Source: an uncultured Gammaproteobacteria bacterium
GTDB taxonomy: Bacteria > Pseudomonadota > Gammaproteobacteria > UBA9214
NCBI GenBank assembly: GCA_963827755.1
Contig: CAWHCQ010000012.1
Coordinates: 32,001 to 96,000 of the forward strand
Direction: 5' to 3'
DNA length: 64,000 nt
Shown: positions 52,724-64,000 of the stretch, one piece after another
Position numbering within the stretch: the stretch's first letter is position 1
Layout of the letters: every line of letters begins with the position of its first letter
Made by a program: the position numbers and the translations under genes
Notes under the pieces: model-generated
Database searches by the model: none
Told to the model about the DNA's origin: nothing
The model's input: the letters and a program-made list of their open reading frames with translations, nothing else

Positions 52724-54634
52724 TTATTGATTCTCGCGCTCCGGTATATGGATGGTCGCTTTTTCATTCAAGGCCGCCATCACAGCACTCATATCGGCTG
52801 CACCCTGAACCCCGGCCAATTCCTGCATCAACTGCTTGCGTGCGGATTCGTCCAAAGATTCAAATCGACCGTCGTTGACCTCTTCCAGCTGGACAAGCGC
52901 GTAGTTTCCATCTTCCATTACAAAACCATCTGAACTGACCTGGCCATCCCCGGGTGCGACCAGTGAGAAAACCCTGCTTACAAGGCTGCGCTGCGGAGTA
53001 GAGGCATTTCGGTCAAGTAATTTCGTTCGTCCCACGTCAAGCGCCTGTTGAGCGGCAATCTGCTCGAGTGTGGTACCAGACTGCAAGGATGCCAGTAACC
53101 CGGTCCCTTTTGCCTTTGCCAGGGACCGTGCCTGCTCATCCTGCAGACGTTGCCTGATGCTTTCGCTGACCTCTTCAAGTGGTCTAGGCTCGGCCTTGCG
53201 GTGTTCCAGCACACGAACTACAACGATGTGATCCCCGTCCAGCTCCAGGGTATTGCTGTTATTACCGTCCTGTAATACATCATCACTGAAAGCGGCATCA
53301 ACTACCAAAGGGTTTTCCCCGATACCGGGGCCACCATCAAGGCCAATCCAGTCACTTGTCTGTATTGCGAGACCAAGTGCGCTGGCGGCATCCTCCAGGG
53401 TGTCCGGGTGCTCGAAGGCAAGGTTGGAAAGAATTTCCGATTGTTCGAAGTAGAGATCACCGCGCTCAACACTCAAAAACTGGTTGGTCAACGCTTCCCT
53501 GACTTCCTCAAACGGTTTGACAATTTGCGGCTTGATGTCGAGCAACTCGATAATATGCAGACCATAGGATGAGCGGATCGGCGCGCTTCGTTCTCCCACC
53601 TGCATTTCAAAAACGGCATTTTCAAATTCAGGCACCATGATACCGCGGGCGAAGAAACCAAGATCACCGCCTTCGGATGCCGAACCCGGATCCTCGGAAA
53701 CCTCACGTGCAAGGACATCAAAGGCCTCGCCGGCATCAAGCCGTTTTACGATTTCTTCAGCCTTGCGTGTTGCAGTGGCGATACTTGCCTCATCTGTACC
53801 CTGAAACAATACCAGGATATGACGTGCGTGACGTTCTTCTTCGCTGGTAAAACGTTCAGCCTCCTCCTCGTATAGCGCCCGTATTGTCGCCTCATCCGGT
53901 TCGGTATTCACAACCAGATTCGCAGCATTCAGCTCGATGTATTCCAGCTTGACCTTTTGCGGACTCATGTATTCCTGGCCATGTGCCTGGTAATATTGCT
54001 CGACATCCGCCTCTGTTACATTTACCTGGTAACTGAATCTCGAAACGGGCAGGATTAAATAGCTGAAACGCCGCTGCTGACCTTGCAGTCGATAAGCCAG
54101 CTCAAGTTCATTCGGTGTGGGTACTGCCGTTTTTACAATGCCCGAACGCAGCTGATCGGATATAATACCCCGCCTCAACTGGCCTTCGAAATCGGCCGGG
54201 GACATGCCCTGGTTGGCGAGTGCCCGCTCATAACGCTGTTTTGAAAACTTGCCTTCGGTTTTGAATACGTTTATGGAATTGATTTGTGCGGCAAGCTGCT
54301 GGTCACTGCCGGCAAAGCCCCCGTCAGCCGCTTCCTGAAACAACAGTTCTTCATTGATCAGTTGTCTCAGCCCTGTCTCCCTCAGCAGGGACTCGTTGAG
54401 CGTGGCGGGATCAAATGAACCGCCCATCATCTCCTCCATACGCTTTCTGAGGCGCTGGTATGCAAGGTTCTCCTGACGACTGCTTATTTCAACGCCATTG
54501 ACAGAAGCTGCATAGATGGCTTTATCGCTATCCAGGTAGGAATTCAGACCAAAGAATGCAAATGCGATAAAGAGGATGCCGAGGATGAACCAACCCACGA
54601 TCCCCATAACGCGTTCTCGGATTGCCAGTAACAT
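52724..54634 (-). CDS. ppiD: PpiD periplasmic chaperone (SurA N-terminal and rotamase domains)
   Basis: N-terminal TM anchor, ARHIL and S.DPGS...GGDLG. Located downstream of hupB. Confidence 0.92.
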   Translation of the reverse strand: MLLAIRERVMGIVGWFILGILFIAFAFFGLNSYLDSDKAIYAASVNGVEISSRQENLAYQRLRKRMEEMMGGSFDPATLNESLLRETGLRQLINEELLFQEAADGGFAGSDQQLAAQINSINVFKTEGKFSKQRYERALANQGMSPADFEGQLRRGIISDQLRSGIVKTAVPTPNELELAYRLQGQQRRFSYLILPVSRFSYQVNVTEADVEQYYQAHGQEYMSPQKVKLEYIELNAANLVVNTEPDEATIRALYEEEAERFTSEEERHARHILVLFQGTDEASIATATRKAEEIVKRLDAGEAFDVLAREVSEDPGSASEGGDLGFFARGIMVPEFENAVFEMQVGERSAPIRSSYGLHIIELLDIKPQIVKPFEEVREALTNQFLSVERGDLYFEQSEILSNLAFEHPDTLEDAASALGLAIQTSDWIGLDGGPGIGENPLVVDAAFSDDVLQDGNNSNTLELDGDHIVVVRVLEHRKAEPRPLEEVSESIRQRLQDEQARSLAKAKGTGLLASLQSGTTLEQIAAQQALDVGRTKLLDRNASTPQRSLVSRVFSLVAPGDGQVSSDGFVMEDGNYALVQLEEVNDGRFESLDESARKQLMQELAGVQGAADMSAVMAALNEKATIHIPERENQ

Positions 54635-54690
54635 ATTTTAATCTCTCGGGAATAATTACCAGTGTCGTGGCTCGGTAGTTAAAACAAAGA

Positions 54691-54712
54691 AAGGGCACCT
54701 TCCGGTGCCCTT
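54691..54712 (-). terminator. terminator after tRNA-Asp
   Basis: AAGGGCACC-ttcc-GGTGCCCTT hairpin with a U-rich tail on the minus strand. Confidence 0.7.
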
Positions 54713-54724
54713 CGATGTTCACTA

Positions 54725-54801
54725 TGGCGGAGTGGACGGGACTCGAACCCGCGACCCCCGGCGTGACAGGCCGGTATTCTAACCAGCTGAACTACCACTC
54801 C
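54725..54801 (-). tRNA. tRNA-Asp(GTC)
   Basis: 77-nt cloverleaf with anticodon loop CTGTCAC and a CCA end. Confidence 0.97.
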
Positions 54802-54808
54802 AGATCCT

Positions 54809-54884
54809 TGGTGGGTGCTGAGGGGATCGAACCCCCGACATTCGCCTTGTAAGGGCGACGCTCTCCCAGCTGAGCTAAGCACCC
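54809..54884 (-). tRNA. tRNA-Val(TAC)
   Basis: 76-nt cloverleaf with loop CTTACAA and a CCA end. Confidence 0.97.
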
Positions 54885-54893
54885 GAAGGCGCG

Positions 54894-55166
54894 CTAGTTT
54901 ACGGCATCCTTGAAGGCTTTGCCAGCCTTGAAACCAGGAGATTTTGATGCCTTGATCTGAATGGTTTCACCCGTTTGCGGATTGCGGCCCGTCCTGGCGG
55001 CGCGCTCACGAACAGAGAAAGTACCGAAGCCCACCAGGCCTACCTGGTCGCCCTTGCCAAGGGTGGCAATTATGGTGTCCAGTACGGCTTCTGTTGCACT
55101 TGTGGCATCGTTCCTTGAAAGTCCTGTTGATTCGGTTACAGCATCGATCAGTTCAGATTTATTCAT
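54894..55166 (-). CDS. hupB: DNA-binding protein HU
   Basis: [13 protein letters not shown] and GRNPQTG. Located downstream of lon. Confidence 0.95.
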   Translation of the reverse strand: MNKSELIDAVTESTGLSRNDATSATEAVLDTIIATLGKGDQVGLVGFGTFSVRERAARTGRNPQTGETIQIKASKSPGFKAGKAFKDAVN

Positions 55167-55357
55167 TTAAGGCATCCTCGGTTTAAAATATTGTTTATTA
55201 CAGGTAGCAGATAATAACCCGCACTCAAGAACCACGCCCACAGTGGCCACACTTCAAGAATCAGGCGGTATTAAAACACAGTTAATCAACGCAAAAAACC
55301 CGCTGACACCAGAATCAGGCACTGGTTGCCAGCGGGCTGTCAGACATTACAGACAGA

Positions 55358-57784
55358 TTAGTGAGCGATTATCGGTTTTTCCTTCGCCTTACCCTTGGGC
55401 TTGGCTGCCTTGGCTGGCGCCTCCTTGGTTTCACTGTCAGGCAGCGGGTCCGGCTGGTGCAGCAAGGCGACCTGCAAGACCTCGTCAATCCACCGGACCG
55501 GATGGATATCCAGCTTGTCTTTCACGTTCTTCGGAATTTCCGCCAGATCCTTCCGGTTTTCCTCCGGAATCAGTACGATAGATATTCCTCCACGATGGGC
55601 CGCGAGGAGTTTTTCCTTCAAGCCGCCAATCGGAAGCACTTCGCCCCGCAGGGTGATCTCACCCGTCATGGCGACATCCGCGCGTACCGGGACACCTGTG
55701 AGGGCCGATACCAGGGCCGTACACATGCCGACACCCGCACTTGGCCCGTCCTTCGGCGTTGCCCCTTCCGGGACATGAACGTGAATATCAAGTTCCTGAT
55801 AAAACTCGGGATCAATACCCAGGTGGTCAGCCCGGCTGCGAACCACCGTGGTCGCGGCCTGGATTGATTCCTGCATGACGTCACCCAGCTGGCCGGTATA
55901 AATCATTTTACCCTTACCCTTGAGCGTTGTTGCCTCTATCGTCAGCAGCTCACCACCGACCTCGGTCCAGGCAAGGCCGGTGACCTGGCCAACCTGGTCA
56001 TGCTCTTCTGCACGACCATAGCGAAAACGTTTGACACCAAGGTACTTTTCAAGATTTCTCGGGGTAATCGAAACCTTGTGACCCTTTTCTTTCAGCACCA
56101 GTTCCTTGACCACCTTGCGGCAAATCTTGGATATCTCGCGCTCGAGATTACGCACACCGGCTTCACGGGTATAAAATCTCACAATATCCCGAATAGCGTT
56201 CTGGCTGACGGATATTTCACCATCCTTCAGGCCATTGTTTTCGATCTGCTTTGACAACAGGTAGCGCATGGCGATATTGATTTTTTCATCTTCCGTGTAC
56301 CCCGGAATGCGTATGACCTCCATACGATCCAGCAGGGGTGCCGGGATGTTCATGCTGTTTGCAGTCGCCACGAACATGACGTCTGACAGGTCAAAATCAA
56401 CTTCCAGGTAGTGGTCATTGAAGGTGTTGTTCTGCTCGGGATCCAGCACTTCCAGCAGGGCCGATGACGGATCGCCACGGAAATCCATGGACATCTTGTC
56501 AAGTTCGTCCAGCAAAAACAGTGGATTGCGCGCACCCAGCTTGGCCAGGTTCTGCACTATCCTGCCGGGCAAGGAACCAATGTAAGTACGGCGATGACCA
56601 CGAATCTCGGCCTCATCACGTACCCCGCCGAGGGACATACGGGTAAATTTACGCCCGGTTGCGCGCGCAATAGAACGGCCCAGGGACGTCTTGCCGACAC
56701 CCGGAGGACCAACCAGGCAGAGGATAGGCCCCTTCAGTTTCTTGACGCGCTGCTGTACCGCCAGGTATTCAAGGATGCGCTCCTTTACCTTGTCGAGGCC
56801 ATAGTGGTCCGCTTCAAGGACATCCTCGGCAACTGTCAGGTCGTGGCAAATCTTGGTGCGTTTTTTCCACGGCACACTTACCAGCCAGTCTATATAATTT
56901 CTGACAACAGTCGCCTCGGCAGACATCGGAGACATCATCTTCAGCTTGTTCATTTCAGAGGTGGCCTTATCCTTGGCCTCTTTACTCATGCCGGCCTTTT
57001 TGATCTTCTGCTCCAGCTCTTCCAGTTCATTGGGTACATCGTCCATGTCGCCCAGTTCTTTCTGGATGGCCTTCATTTGCTCATTGAGATAATACTCGCG
57101 CTGACTCTTTTCCATCTGCTGCTTGACACGGCCACGAATACGTTTTTCGATCTGCATGATATCGATCTCGCCTTCGATCAGGACCATCAAACGCTCAAGT
57201 CGCTCACGGCAATTGTTGATCTCGAGGATCTTCTGTTTTTCTTCCAGCTTGAGCGACATATGTGCCGCAATTGTGTCGGCAAGGCGTCCGGGCTCATCGA
57301 TACCGGACAGCGATGTCAGGATTTCGGGGGGTACTTTCTTGTTGAGCTTGACGTACTGCTCAAACATTGCCATCAGGGACCGGGTCAGAACTTCAAGTTC
57401 CTGTTCGTCAGTTTCTTCTTCAGATACCAGGGTCTCGATATTCGCCGTAAAGAACGCATCGGTATTTTCATAACCCGTGACGCGCACACGCTCGGCACCC
57501 TCAACCAGCACCTTGACGGTTCCATCGGGTAATTTCAGCAATTGCAGGATTGTGGACAGCGTGCCTATTTCGTGAATATCTTCAACTGCAGGGTCGTCAA
57601 TCTCGGCATTCTTCTGCGCGATCAGGAGGATCTTCTTGTCTTCCTGCATTGCCGTATCAAGCGCGTTGATCGATTTTTCGCGGCCAACAAACAGCGGAAT
57701 GACCATGTGCGGGTAGACGACAACGTCCCTGAGTGGCAAAACCGGTATCGCGCTTGTGGTTTGATCTGTCATGTCATTGTCCAT
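55358..57784 (-). CDS. lon: Lon protease
   Basis: [19 protein letters not shown] and PKDGPSAG. Confidence 0.98.
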   Translation of the reverse strand: MDNDMTDQTTSAIPVLPLRDVVVYPHMVIPLFVGREKSINALDTAMQEDKKILLIAQKNAEIDDPAVEDIHEIGTLSTILQLLKLPDGTVKVLVEGAERVRVTGYENTDAFFTANIETLVSEEETDEQELEVLTRSLMAMFEQYVKLNKKVPPEILTSLSGIDEPGRLADTIAAHMSLKLEEKQKILEINNCRERLERLMVLIEGEIDIMQIEKRIRGRVKQQMEKSQREYYLNEQMKAIQKELGDMDDVPNELEELEQKIKKAGMSKEAKDKATSEMNKLKMMSPMSAEATVVRNYIDWLVSVPWKKRTKICHDLTVAEDVLEADHYGLDKVKERILEYLAVQQRVKKLKGPILCLVGPPGVGKTSLGRSIARATGRKFTRMSLGGVRDEAEIRGHRRTYIGSLPGRIVQNLAKLGARNPLFLLDELDKMSMDFRGDPSSALLEVLDPEQNNTFNDHYLEVDFDLSDVMFVATANSMNIPAPLLDRMEVIRIPGYTEDEKINIAMRYLLSKQIENNGLKDGEISVSQNAIRDIVRFYTREAGVRNLEREISKICRKVVKELVLKEKGHKVSITPRNLEKYLGVKRFRYGRAEEHDQVGQVTGLAWTEVGGELLTIEATTLKGKGKMIYTGQLGDVMQESIQAATTVVRSRADHLGIDPEFYQELDIHVHVPEGATPKDGPSAGVGMCTALVSALTGVPVRADVAMTGEITLRGEVLPIGGLKEKLLAAHRGGISIVLIPEENRKDLAEIPKNVKDKLDIHPVRWIDEVLQVALLHQPDPLPDSETKEAPAKAAKPKGKAKEKPIIAH

Positions 57785-57914
57785 CCGTTTTTGAGTAAGT
57801 CATGTACCACCGGGGTGTTTCGCGGCAATCCGTCAGAATATTGTCGCAATCATTCTTTCGCCCGGCACCCTGCCTGTCAATGCTTCTGTTGATTCAATCT
57901 GCACTGTTACTGAA

Positions 57915-57941
57915 AGTGGGGGCAGATTGTTCGAGTTCAAG
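57915..57941 (-). promoter_or_regulatory. sigma32 (RpoH)-type promoter of lon
   Basis: The minus strand reads CTTGAA-N13-CCCCCACT, matching the heat-shock consensus. Confidence 0.7.
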
Positions 57942-57968
57942 CGTTTCCTGACAGACAATCACAATAGA

Positions 57969-57983
57969 GCAAGGAGTGTGCCA
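57969..57983 (-). promoter_or_regulatory. sigma54 -24/-12 promoter motif upstream of lon
   Basis: The minus strand reads TGGCAC-ACTCC-TTGC, an exact consensus match with correct spacing. Confidence 0.6.
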
Positions 57984-58041
57984 ACAAGAGGGTATTGGCC
58001 AGCAATTAGTATAACTTGCTGTTTATATTGACATATTTAAT

Positions 58042-59313
58042 TCACTCGGACGCGGCCAGCTGTTCCGAAGCGTCAAAAATCATGTAGGGCTTGCTGTTTC
58101 CAAGGATAACGCTCTCATCAATGACCACTTTTCTGACGTTATCCATGGAGGGTAGATCGTACATGGTATCGAGCAGCACCTGCTCGAGAATGGTGCGCAA
58201 ACCGCGGGCACCGGTCTTTCGCGCCATCGCCTTGGTGGCGACAGCCCGCAAGGCATCATCGCGGAACTCTATCTCGCAGCCTTCCATTTCAAAGAGTTTC
58301 TCGTACTGCTTGGTGAGGGCATTTTTTGGCTCTGTAAGAATCTGCACCAGGGCGTCTTCATCGAGTTCTTCCAGCGTTGCCACAACCGGCAGGCGACCGA
58401 CAAATTCCGGGATCAAGCCGTACTTGATCAGGTCCTCCGGCTCCACATCGTAGAGGATCTCACCCAGGTTGGCCTCATCGTCCTTGCTCTTTACCTCGGC
58501 TGCAAAGCCGATACCGCCGGTCTCGGAACGGCCACGGATAATCTTGTCGAGACCGGCAAATGCGCCACCGACAATAAACAGGATATTCGAGGTATCGACC
58601 TGCAGAAATTCCTGCTGCGGATGCTTGCGACCGCCCTGTGGAGGCACGGAGGCAACTGTCCCTTCAATCAGTTTGAGCAGTGCCTGCTGCACACCTTCAC
58701 CGGACACATCACGGGTAATCGAGGGGTTATCGGATTTCCTGGAAATCTTGTCGATCTCGTCTATGTAAACAATACCCGTCTGCGCCTTGTCCACATCATA
58801 ATCACACTTCTGCAAGAGTTTCTGGATGATATTTTCAACATCCTCGCCCACATAACCGGCTTCTGTCAGTGTTGTTGCATCCGCAATGGTGAACGGAACA
58901 TCCAGTAAACGGGCCAGCGTTTCTGCCAGAAGGGTCTTGCCGGAACCGGTTGGACCGATCAGCAGGATGTTGCTTTTTGAAAGCTCGACACCGTCTTTCT
59001 TGTTCTTGAATTCAAGCCGCTTGTAGTGGTTGTATACAGCAACAGCCAGCACCTTCTTGGCAGCGCTCTGGCCGATTACATACTCATTGAGTATATCGTT
59101 GATTTCCTGGGGCTTGGGTAGTTTTGCGTCGCCGGAGGCTGCCTTTTCCTGCATCTCCTCGCGGATAATATCGTTACAGAGTTCGACACACTCGTCACAG
59201 ACAAAGACAGAAGGACCTGCGATCAGCTTGCGCACTTCATGCTGGCTTTTGCCGCAGAAGGAACAGTAGAGCAGCTTGCCGTCTTCACCCTTGCCGTTAC
59301 GATCATTGCTCAT
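58042..59313 (-). CDS. clpX: ATP-dependent Clp protease ATP-binding subunit
   Basis: CSFCGK zinc finger, GPTGSGKT and the IGF loop. Confidence 0.98.
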   Translation of the reverse strand: MSNDRNGKGEDGKLLYCSFCGKSQHEVRKLIAGPSVFVCDECVELCNDIIREEMQEKAASGDAKLPKPQEINDILNEYVIGQSAAKKVLAVAVYNHYKRLEFKNKKDGVELSKSNILLIGPTGSGKTLLAETLARLLDVPFTIADATTLTEAGYVGEDVENIIQKLLQKCDYDVDKAQTGIVYIDEIDKISRKSDNPSITRDVSGEGVQQALLKLIEGTVASVPPQGGRKHPQQEFLQVDTSNILFIVGGAFAGLDKIIRGRSETGGIGFAAEVKSKDDEANLGEILYDVEPEDLIKYGLIPEFVGRLPVVATLEELDEDALVQILTEPKNALTKQYEKLFEMEGCEIEFRDDALRAVATKAMARKTGARGLRTILEQVLLDTMYDLPSMDNVRKVVIDESVILGNSKPYMIFDASEQLAASE

Positions 59314-59464
59314 GTCACGTCCTCTGGATAATCAATAAGGAACCTGCCTGACAGATTTGTATCACTGATTGTGACAACGAATCAACTCCTGCAAGCCATG
59401 GTTGCCAAATTCACCTCGACTCGTACGGTAATTGACAACCAGCAGCCGGGGCCATCTTACCCGA

Positions 59465-60109
59465 CTATATTTCATCAGCATCTTCACGCTGATTCAGTAT
59501 TTTGTCGATCAAGCCATAATCCCTGGCGGCCTCCGCACCCATGAAATTGTCCCTTTCGGTATCCCGCTGGATCTTCTCCATTGGCTGGTTGGTATGCCTG
59601 GACAATATCAGGTTGAGCTTCTCCCTGATGAGGAGAATCTCCTTGGCATGGATATCGATATCAGTTGCCTGCCCCTGGTACCCGCCAAGTGGCTGATGGA
59701 TCATCATTCGGGAATGCGGTAAACAGACACGCTTGCCGCTGGAACCGCCGGCCAGCAAAAGCGCACCCATGCTGGCCGCCTGGCCGATACACATTGTACT
59801 GACATCCGGTTTGATAAACTGCATGGTGTCATAGACTGCCAGCCCTGCTGTCACTGACCCACCCGGCGAATTGATATACAGGTGAATATCCTTGTCAGGG
59901 TTTTCTGACTCGAGAAACAGTAACTGCGCAACAATGACATTGGCCATATAGTCTTCAACAGGCCCGACTACAAACACCACCCGCTCCTTGAGCAGACGCG
60001 AGTAAATATCATAGGAGCGCTCGCCGCGAGCGGTCTGCTCGATAACAATCGGTACCAGATTCAGGGCTTTCGTATCCTGTGCACTATTCATATGTCTGTT
60101 ATCGGTCAT
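59465..60109 (-). CDS. clpP: Clp protease proteolytic subunit
   Basis: [17 protein letters not shown] and MIHQP. Confidence 0.98.
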   Translation of the reverse strand: MTDNRHMNSAQDTKALNLVPIVIEQTARGERSYDIYSRLLKERVVFVVGPVEDYMANVIVAQLLFLESENPDKDIHLYINSPGGSVTAGLAVYDTMQFIKPDVSTMCIGQAASMGALLLAGGSSGKRVCLPHSRMMIHQPLGGYQGQATDIDIHAKEILLIREKLNLILSRHTNQPMEKIQRDTERDNFMGAEAARDYGLIDKILNQREDADEI

Positions 60110-60115
60110 TCAATT

Positions 60116-61405
60116 TTATCCTTGAGACTGTATGGCCTGGTCGACCAGCTCGGCAAAACTGGTCTCCCGGTCTGTAACATCGATGCCGCTGTTCGCTACA
60201 ACCCATTCAACAACCTGCTCTTCGATGACCGAAGACTGAACATTGGCAAGCATATCCTGGTTGCCATAATACCACTGCACAACCTCCTCGGGTTTCTCGT
60301 AGGAAGCGGCAATTGTATCGACGACACCACGCACCCGGTCCGGGTCAACCATAATGTTGTTCTGTTTGACGATCTCCGAAACCAGCACGCCCAGTTTCAC
60401 CCGCCTCTCTGCCGTGGCTTCCAGGGCAGATGGATCCATCCCCTTGCCTGACTCCTGTGATTGCAGCTGCTGTATCTCGGACTCGATCATGATTCGCGGC
60501 ACGTCAACAGGATTACATTTCACCAGGCCGCTGAACACCTGTTCCTTCATCTTTGAAGCAACCAGCCCATCGAGTTCACGCTGCATATTGTTGCTGACTT
60601 CGTCCCTCAATCCTTCCATTCCGTTTTCATCAACACCGAAAGCACGGGCAAAATCATCATCCAGCTCAGGCAGAACCTGTTCGGAGACCGAGTGAACCTT
60701 TACCCTGAATTCAGCCTCCTTGCCAGCGACTTCAGCGGCCTGGTAGTCATCCGGAAAGGTTATCTTTACGGTCCTGTCATCACCGGCTGAGGCTCCTGTC
60801 AGCTGATCCTCGAAACCCGGTATCATGGTGTTCGATCCCAGCTCAAGCGACATCTGCTCGGCCTTGTTTCCCGCGAAAGGTGCGCCATCGATGCTTCCCT
60901 CGAAATCAATAATAACCTGGTCACCCTGCTGCGCCGGGCGTTCAACAATATTCCAGGTCGCACGTTGCTTGCGTAAATTCCCCAGCATGTTGTCGATATC
61001 TTCCTTGATGATCTCGACAATCGGCCGGGTAACCGCGAAGTCATATTTCAGCGAATCGGGAAGTTCCGGGAATACTTCAAACGTTGCAACATACTCCAGC
61101 GGCCCACCCGGCTGCACCGATTTCGTTTCTATGCTTGGCTGACCGACCGGGCGGATATTCTCCCGCGACAAGGCCTCCTGCAAGGTTGAATTGACCACCT
61201 GGTCAACCACCTCGAGACGAACCTGTTGACCATACTTCTTCTCAACGACCTTCAGCGGTACCTTACCCGGCCGGAAACCATCAAGGCGGACGGTCTTGCT
61301 CATGGAGGCAAGGCGAGACTGCACCTCCTGCTCGACACGCTCGGAGGGTACCTGCACCGTCATCCGTCGCCCCAGGCCACCGGTATTTTCTACTGACACA
61401 TCCAT
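60116..61405 (-). CDS. tig: trigger factor
   Basis: GFRPGKVP signature and an FKBP domain with IPGFE. Confidence 0.97.
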   Translation of the reverse strand: MDVSVENTGGLGRRMTVQVPSERVEQEVQSRLASMSKTVRLDGFRPGKVPLKVVEKKYGQQVRLEVVDQVVNSTLQEALSRENIRPVGQPSIETKSVQPGGPLEYVATFEVFPELPDSLKYDFAVTRPIVEIIKEDIDNMLGNLRKQRATWNIVERPAQQGDQVIIDFEGSIDGAPFAGNKAEQMSLELGSNTMIPGFEDQLTGASAGDDRTVKITFPDDYQAAEVAGKEAEFRVKVHSVSEQVLPELDDDFARAFGVDENGMEGLRDEVSNNMQRELDGLVASKMKEQVFSGLVKCNPVDVPRIMIESEIQQLQSQESGKGMDPSALEATAERRVKLGVLVSEIVKQNNIMVDPDRVRGVVDTIAASYEKPEEVVQWYYGNQDMLANVQSSVIEEQVVEWVVANSGIDVTDRETSFAELVDQAIQSQG

Positions 61406-61496
61406 TCCATCACCTCTTAACGTGTTTTAGACCCGCGCAGGCCAGTCTCTGACCCTGTATCGCAAGCTGTTGTTCTATATACACTGTTTGAATTAA

Positions 61497-61581
<85 letters not shown>

Positions 61582-61832
61582 TGCTTTGCCATGACTCCGG
61601 GCCTTCATACGTAACCCAACGGACATTTAATCTGAAATTATAACGATTTATCGAACAATTGCGCACCCCTGATTTGAACCGGCATGTGCATCAAAAATCC
61701 CTGACATGCCCGGGTCAGGAGGCCCTCCTTCATCCCACGGTCCGGCACAGGGAAACACCCCTGCTGTCTGCGGTCAAATTACACACCTGGTTGGGAATCT
61801 GCAGCAAGGATGCTGTCTGCCGCCTTTGTGAA

Positions 61833-61908
61833 TGGTGGGCCGTGTAGGATTCGAACCTTCGACCAAGTGATTAAGAGTCACCTGCTCTACCAACTGAGCT
61901 AACGGCCC
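61833..61908 (-). tRNA. tRNA-Lys(CTT)
   Basis: 76 nt with loop CTCTTAA and a CCA end. There is one A-A mismatch in the T stem. Confidence 0.93.
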
Positions 61909-61914
61909 TGTAAA

Positions 61915-61991
61915 TGGGGTGGACGATGGGACTCGAACCCACGACGACTGGAATCACAATCCAGGGCTCTACCAACTGAGCTACGCCCACC
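61915..61991 (-). tRNA. tRNA-His(GTG)
   Basis: Loop TTGTGAT, encoded G-1 and a CCA end. Confidence 0.96.
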
Positions 61992-62024
61992 ATAAAACTC
62001 TCAAGCTGTCCGACTCGTCACAAC

Positions 62025-62101
62025 TGGCGCGCCCGGCAGGATTCGAACCTGCGACCCTCGGCTTAGAAGGCCGATGCTCTATCCAGCTGAGCTACGGGCG
62101 C
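62025..62101 (-). tRNA. tRNA-Arg(TCT)
   Basis: 77 nt with loop CTTCTAA and a CCA end. Confidence 0.96.
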
Positions 62102-62143
62102 AAGAAAAATCTGCAGGCCAGACTACTCGTACCTTGTCAAATC

Positions 62144-62220
62144 TGGTCGGGGTAGAGAGATTCGAACTCCCGACATCCTGCTCCCAAAGCAGGCGCGCTA
62201 CCAGGCTGCGCTATACCCCG
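62144..62220 (-). tRNA. tRNA-Pro(TGG)
   Basis: 77 nt with loop TTTGGGA and a CCA end. Confidence 0.96.
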
Positions 62221-62468
62221 TATTGTTCAGCTGTTCACAGACCTGCGACACAAGCCTGACAGCGCAACCCGGCGATGATACGTTCAACCTCAAAAAGGGT
62301 CAAATTCTCCACGGCTGAATCCTGTCGACCAGTTCACCTGCCGGCCCGTATTCAGGGGCATTACTGACTGATCCACGATTTCCCGAGGGAGATAGACCGA
62401 GTTGTGCCGGATCGCCGTCACATGCGAGAATCCCGGTCCTTTCCCGGCGCAGAGACCCTGTTGAAACA

Positions 62469-63323
62469 ATGACCGCTAAACTGATCGATGGCAAGGCAAT
62501 AGCCGCCGTAGTCAGGCAATCCGTCAAGCAGCGGATCGATGAACGCCTGCAAAACAAACAACGTCTTCCGGGGCTTGCCGTCATTCTCGTTGGCCAGGAT
62601 CCGGCCTCTGAAATCTACGTGCGCAACAAACGCAAGGCCTGCGAAGAGGCCGGCCTGCTCTCACGTTCCTACGATCTCCCCGCCGGAACCTCGGAAAAAG
62701 ACCTTCTCGACCTGGTTGGGCAGTTGAACTACGACGATTCGATTGACGGCATACTCGTCCAGTTGCCGCTCCCTGAACACATCGATGCCGACAAGGTCAC
62801 TGAATTTATCAGGCCAGACAAGGATGTAGACGGCTTCCATCCCTACAATATCGGCCGGCTGGCCCTGCGGCGCCCGTCACTGCGCTCCTGTACACCGCGC
62901 GGTGTAATCACCCTGCTGGAACATACCGGCGAGACGTTTTACGGTCGCGAGGCCGTCGTGGTCGGTGCATCCAACATCGTCGGCCGCCCGATGGGCCTCG
63001 AGCTGTTACTGGCTGGCTGCACGGTCACCACCTGTCATCGCTTCACCGAGAACCTCGACCGGCATGTTGGCGGGGCCGATATTCTTGTCGTTGCTGTCGG
63101 CAAGCCCGGCATCGTACCCGGCAAGTGGGTAAAACCCGGTGCCACCGTGATCGATGTCGGCATTAACCGCCGCGAAGATGGCAGTTTTGTGGGTGATGTT
63201 GAGTTTGACAGTGCCTTTGAAAGGGCCGGGTGGATTACTCCCGTGCCCGGCGGAGTCGGTCCGATGACCGTCGCCACCCTGCTTGAAAACACACTGTTTG
63301 CGACCGAAGAACTGCACGACTGA
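62469..63323 (+). CDS. folD: methylenetetrahydrofolate dehydrogenase/cyclohydrolase
   Basis: [22 protein letters not shown] and [10 protein letters not shown]. Confidence 0.97.
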   Translation: MTAKLIDGKAIAAVVRQSVKQRIDERLQNKQRLPGLAVILVGQDPASEIYVRNKRKACEEAGLLSRSYDLPAGTSEKDLLDLVGQLNYDDSIDGILVQLPLPEHIDADKVTEFIRPDKDVDGFHPYNIGRLALRRPSLRSCTPRGVITLLEHTGETFYGREAVVVGASNIVGRPMGLELLLAGCTVTTCHRFTENLDRHVGGADILVVAVGKPGIVPGKWVKPGATVIDVGINRREDGSFVGDVEFDSAFERAGWITPVPGGVGPMTVATLLENTLFATEELHD

Positions 63324-63380
63324 CCGCGCAGGCCGTTTCGAACCCGGGCAGACGGTCTCGGGACAGGCCACTCGCGGACG

Positions 63381-64000
63381 TCACTTGCGTCGCCATGTGG
63401 TACCGGCCGGGCCATCTTCTATAACCACACCCGCGGCATCCAGCTGGTCACGTATGCCGTCCGCCTTCGCCCAGTCCCTGGCTTCACGTGCGGCAATGCG
63501 ACTCGCAAGCAAGGCCTCGACCCCGGCTTCTGTCAGCCCGGGTACGAGTTCGTCCGCCACGGGCGCGGATTCGCGAAAGTAGATCTCGGGGTCCGCTTGC
63601 AGCAAACCCAGGATATTGCCGAGGGCCTGGAGACAGGCGGCAAGTGAGGCCGCCTTCTCCGGCGCGGAATCCCTGTGCCTGTTAATCTCTCGCGCAATTT
63701 CAAACAATACGGCAATGGCTTCCGGGGTATTGAAATCATCATCCATGGCCTTGTGAAAGGCCCCGCGATGGTCAGCACACCCCGGCCCGTCCTGCCGTAC
63801 CGCTGGCATGCCCCTGAGAGCGGTATACAATCTTGCCAGCGCCGCCTTGCTGTTATCGAGATTCTCCTGTGAATAATTCAGGGGACTGCGGTAGTGGCTT
63901 GCAAGAATAAAATAACGCACCTCTTCGGCACGGTAGCGTTTCAATATCTCGCGGACAGTGAAAAAATTACCCAGGGACTTGGACATCTTCTCATCGTCCA
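63381..64000 (-). CDS. cysS: cysteine--tRNA ligase, 5' part outside window
   Basis: [25 protein letters not shown] and ADGIRD..W. Confidence 0.95.
   Translation of the reverse strand, partial: DDEKMSKSLGNFFTVREILKRYRAEEVRYFILASHYRSPLNYSQENLDNSKAALARLYTALRGMPAVRQDGPGCADHRGAFHKAMDDDFNTPEAIAVLFEIAREINRHRDSAPEKAASLAACLQALGNILGLLQADPEIYFRESAPVADELVPGLTEAGVEALLASRIAAREARDWAKADGIRDQLDAAGVVIEDGPAGTTWRRK

Overview
A 64 kb stretch of mostly core chromosome from a GC-rich Gammaproteobacterium. A sediment or sulfur-oxidiser-type lineage is plausible, but this is inference. Left to right it holds: an arsenosugar-type radical SAM cluster (ArsS-like rSAM, TIGR04283- and TIGR04282-type transferases, flavoprotein disulfide reductase, TVP38 protein, sterol desaturase) downstream of dusA, with an internally deleted methyltransferase; DAHP synthase; a DsrE protein; an MMPL transporter; mfd and csiV; purine salvage genes, mscS and nagZ; two peptide ABC systems; sdhCDAB-sdhE-ygfX with divergent ygfZ; msrB; fabI; a type IV minor pilin operon (fimT-pilVWXY1E); a small accessory patch at 47.9-51.4 kb; and the conserved gltP, ppiD, hupB, lon, clpX, clpP, tig, tRNA, folD, cysS block with 7 tRNAs. 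The accessory patch contains an FG-GAP repeat lipoprotein, a structured non-coding segment joined to a truncated reverse-transcriptase-like start, a secreted protein with a TSP3/dockerin-like tail, and a flavodoxin pseudogene. Nine to ten sites show frame breaks that are each repaired by removing one base, which points to consensus errors rather than decay. No complete novel system is provable from sequence alone. The best leads are the ncRNA plus RT-fragment relic (49.5-49.75 kb), the collapsed methyltransferase in the arsenic cluster, the inverted PilY1 architecture, and a possible pseudoknot/terminator leader ahead of the pilin operon. Family assignments come from recalled motifs, not database searches.
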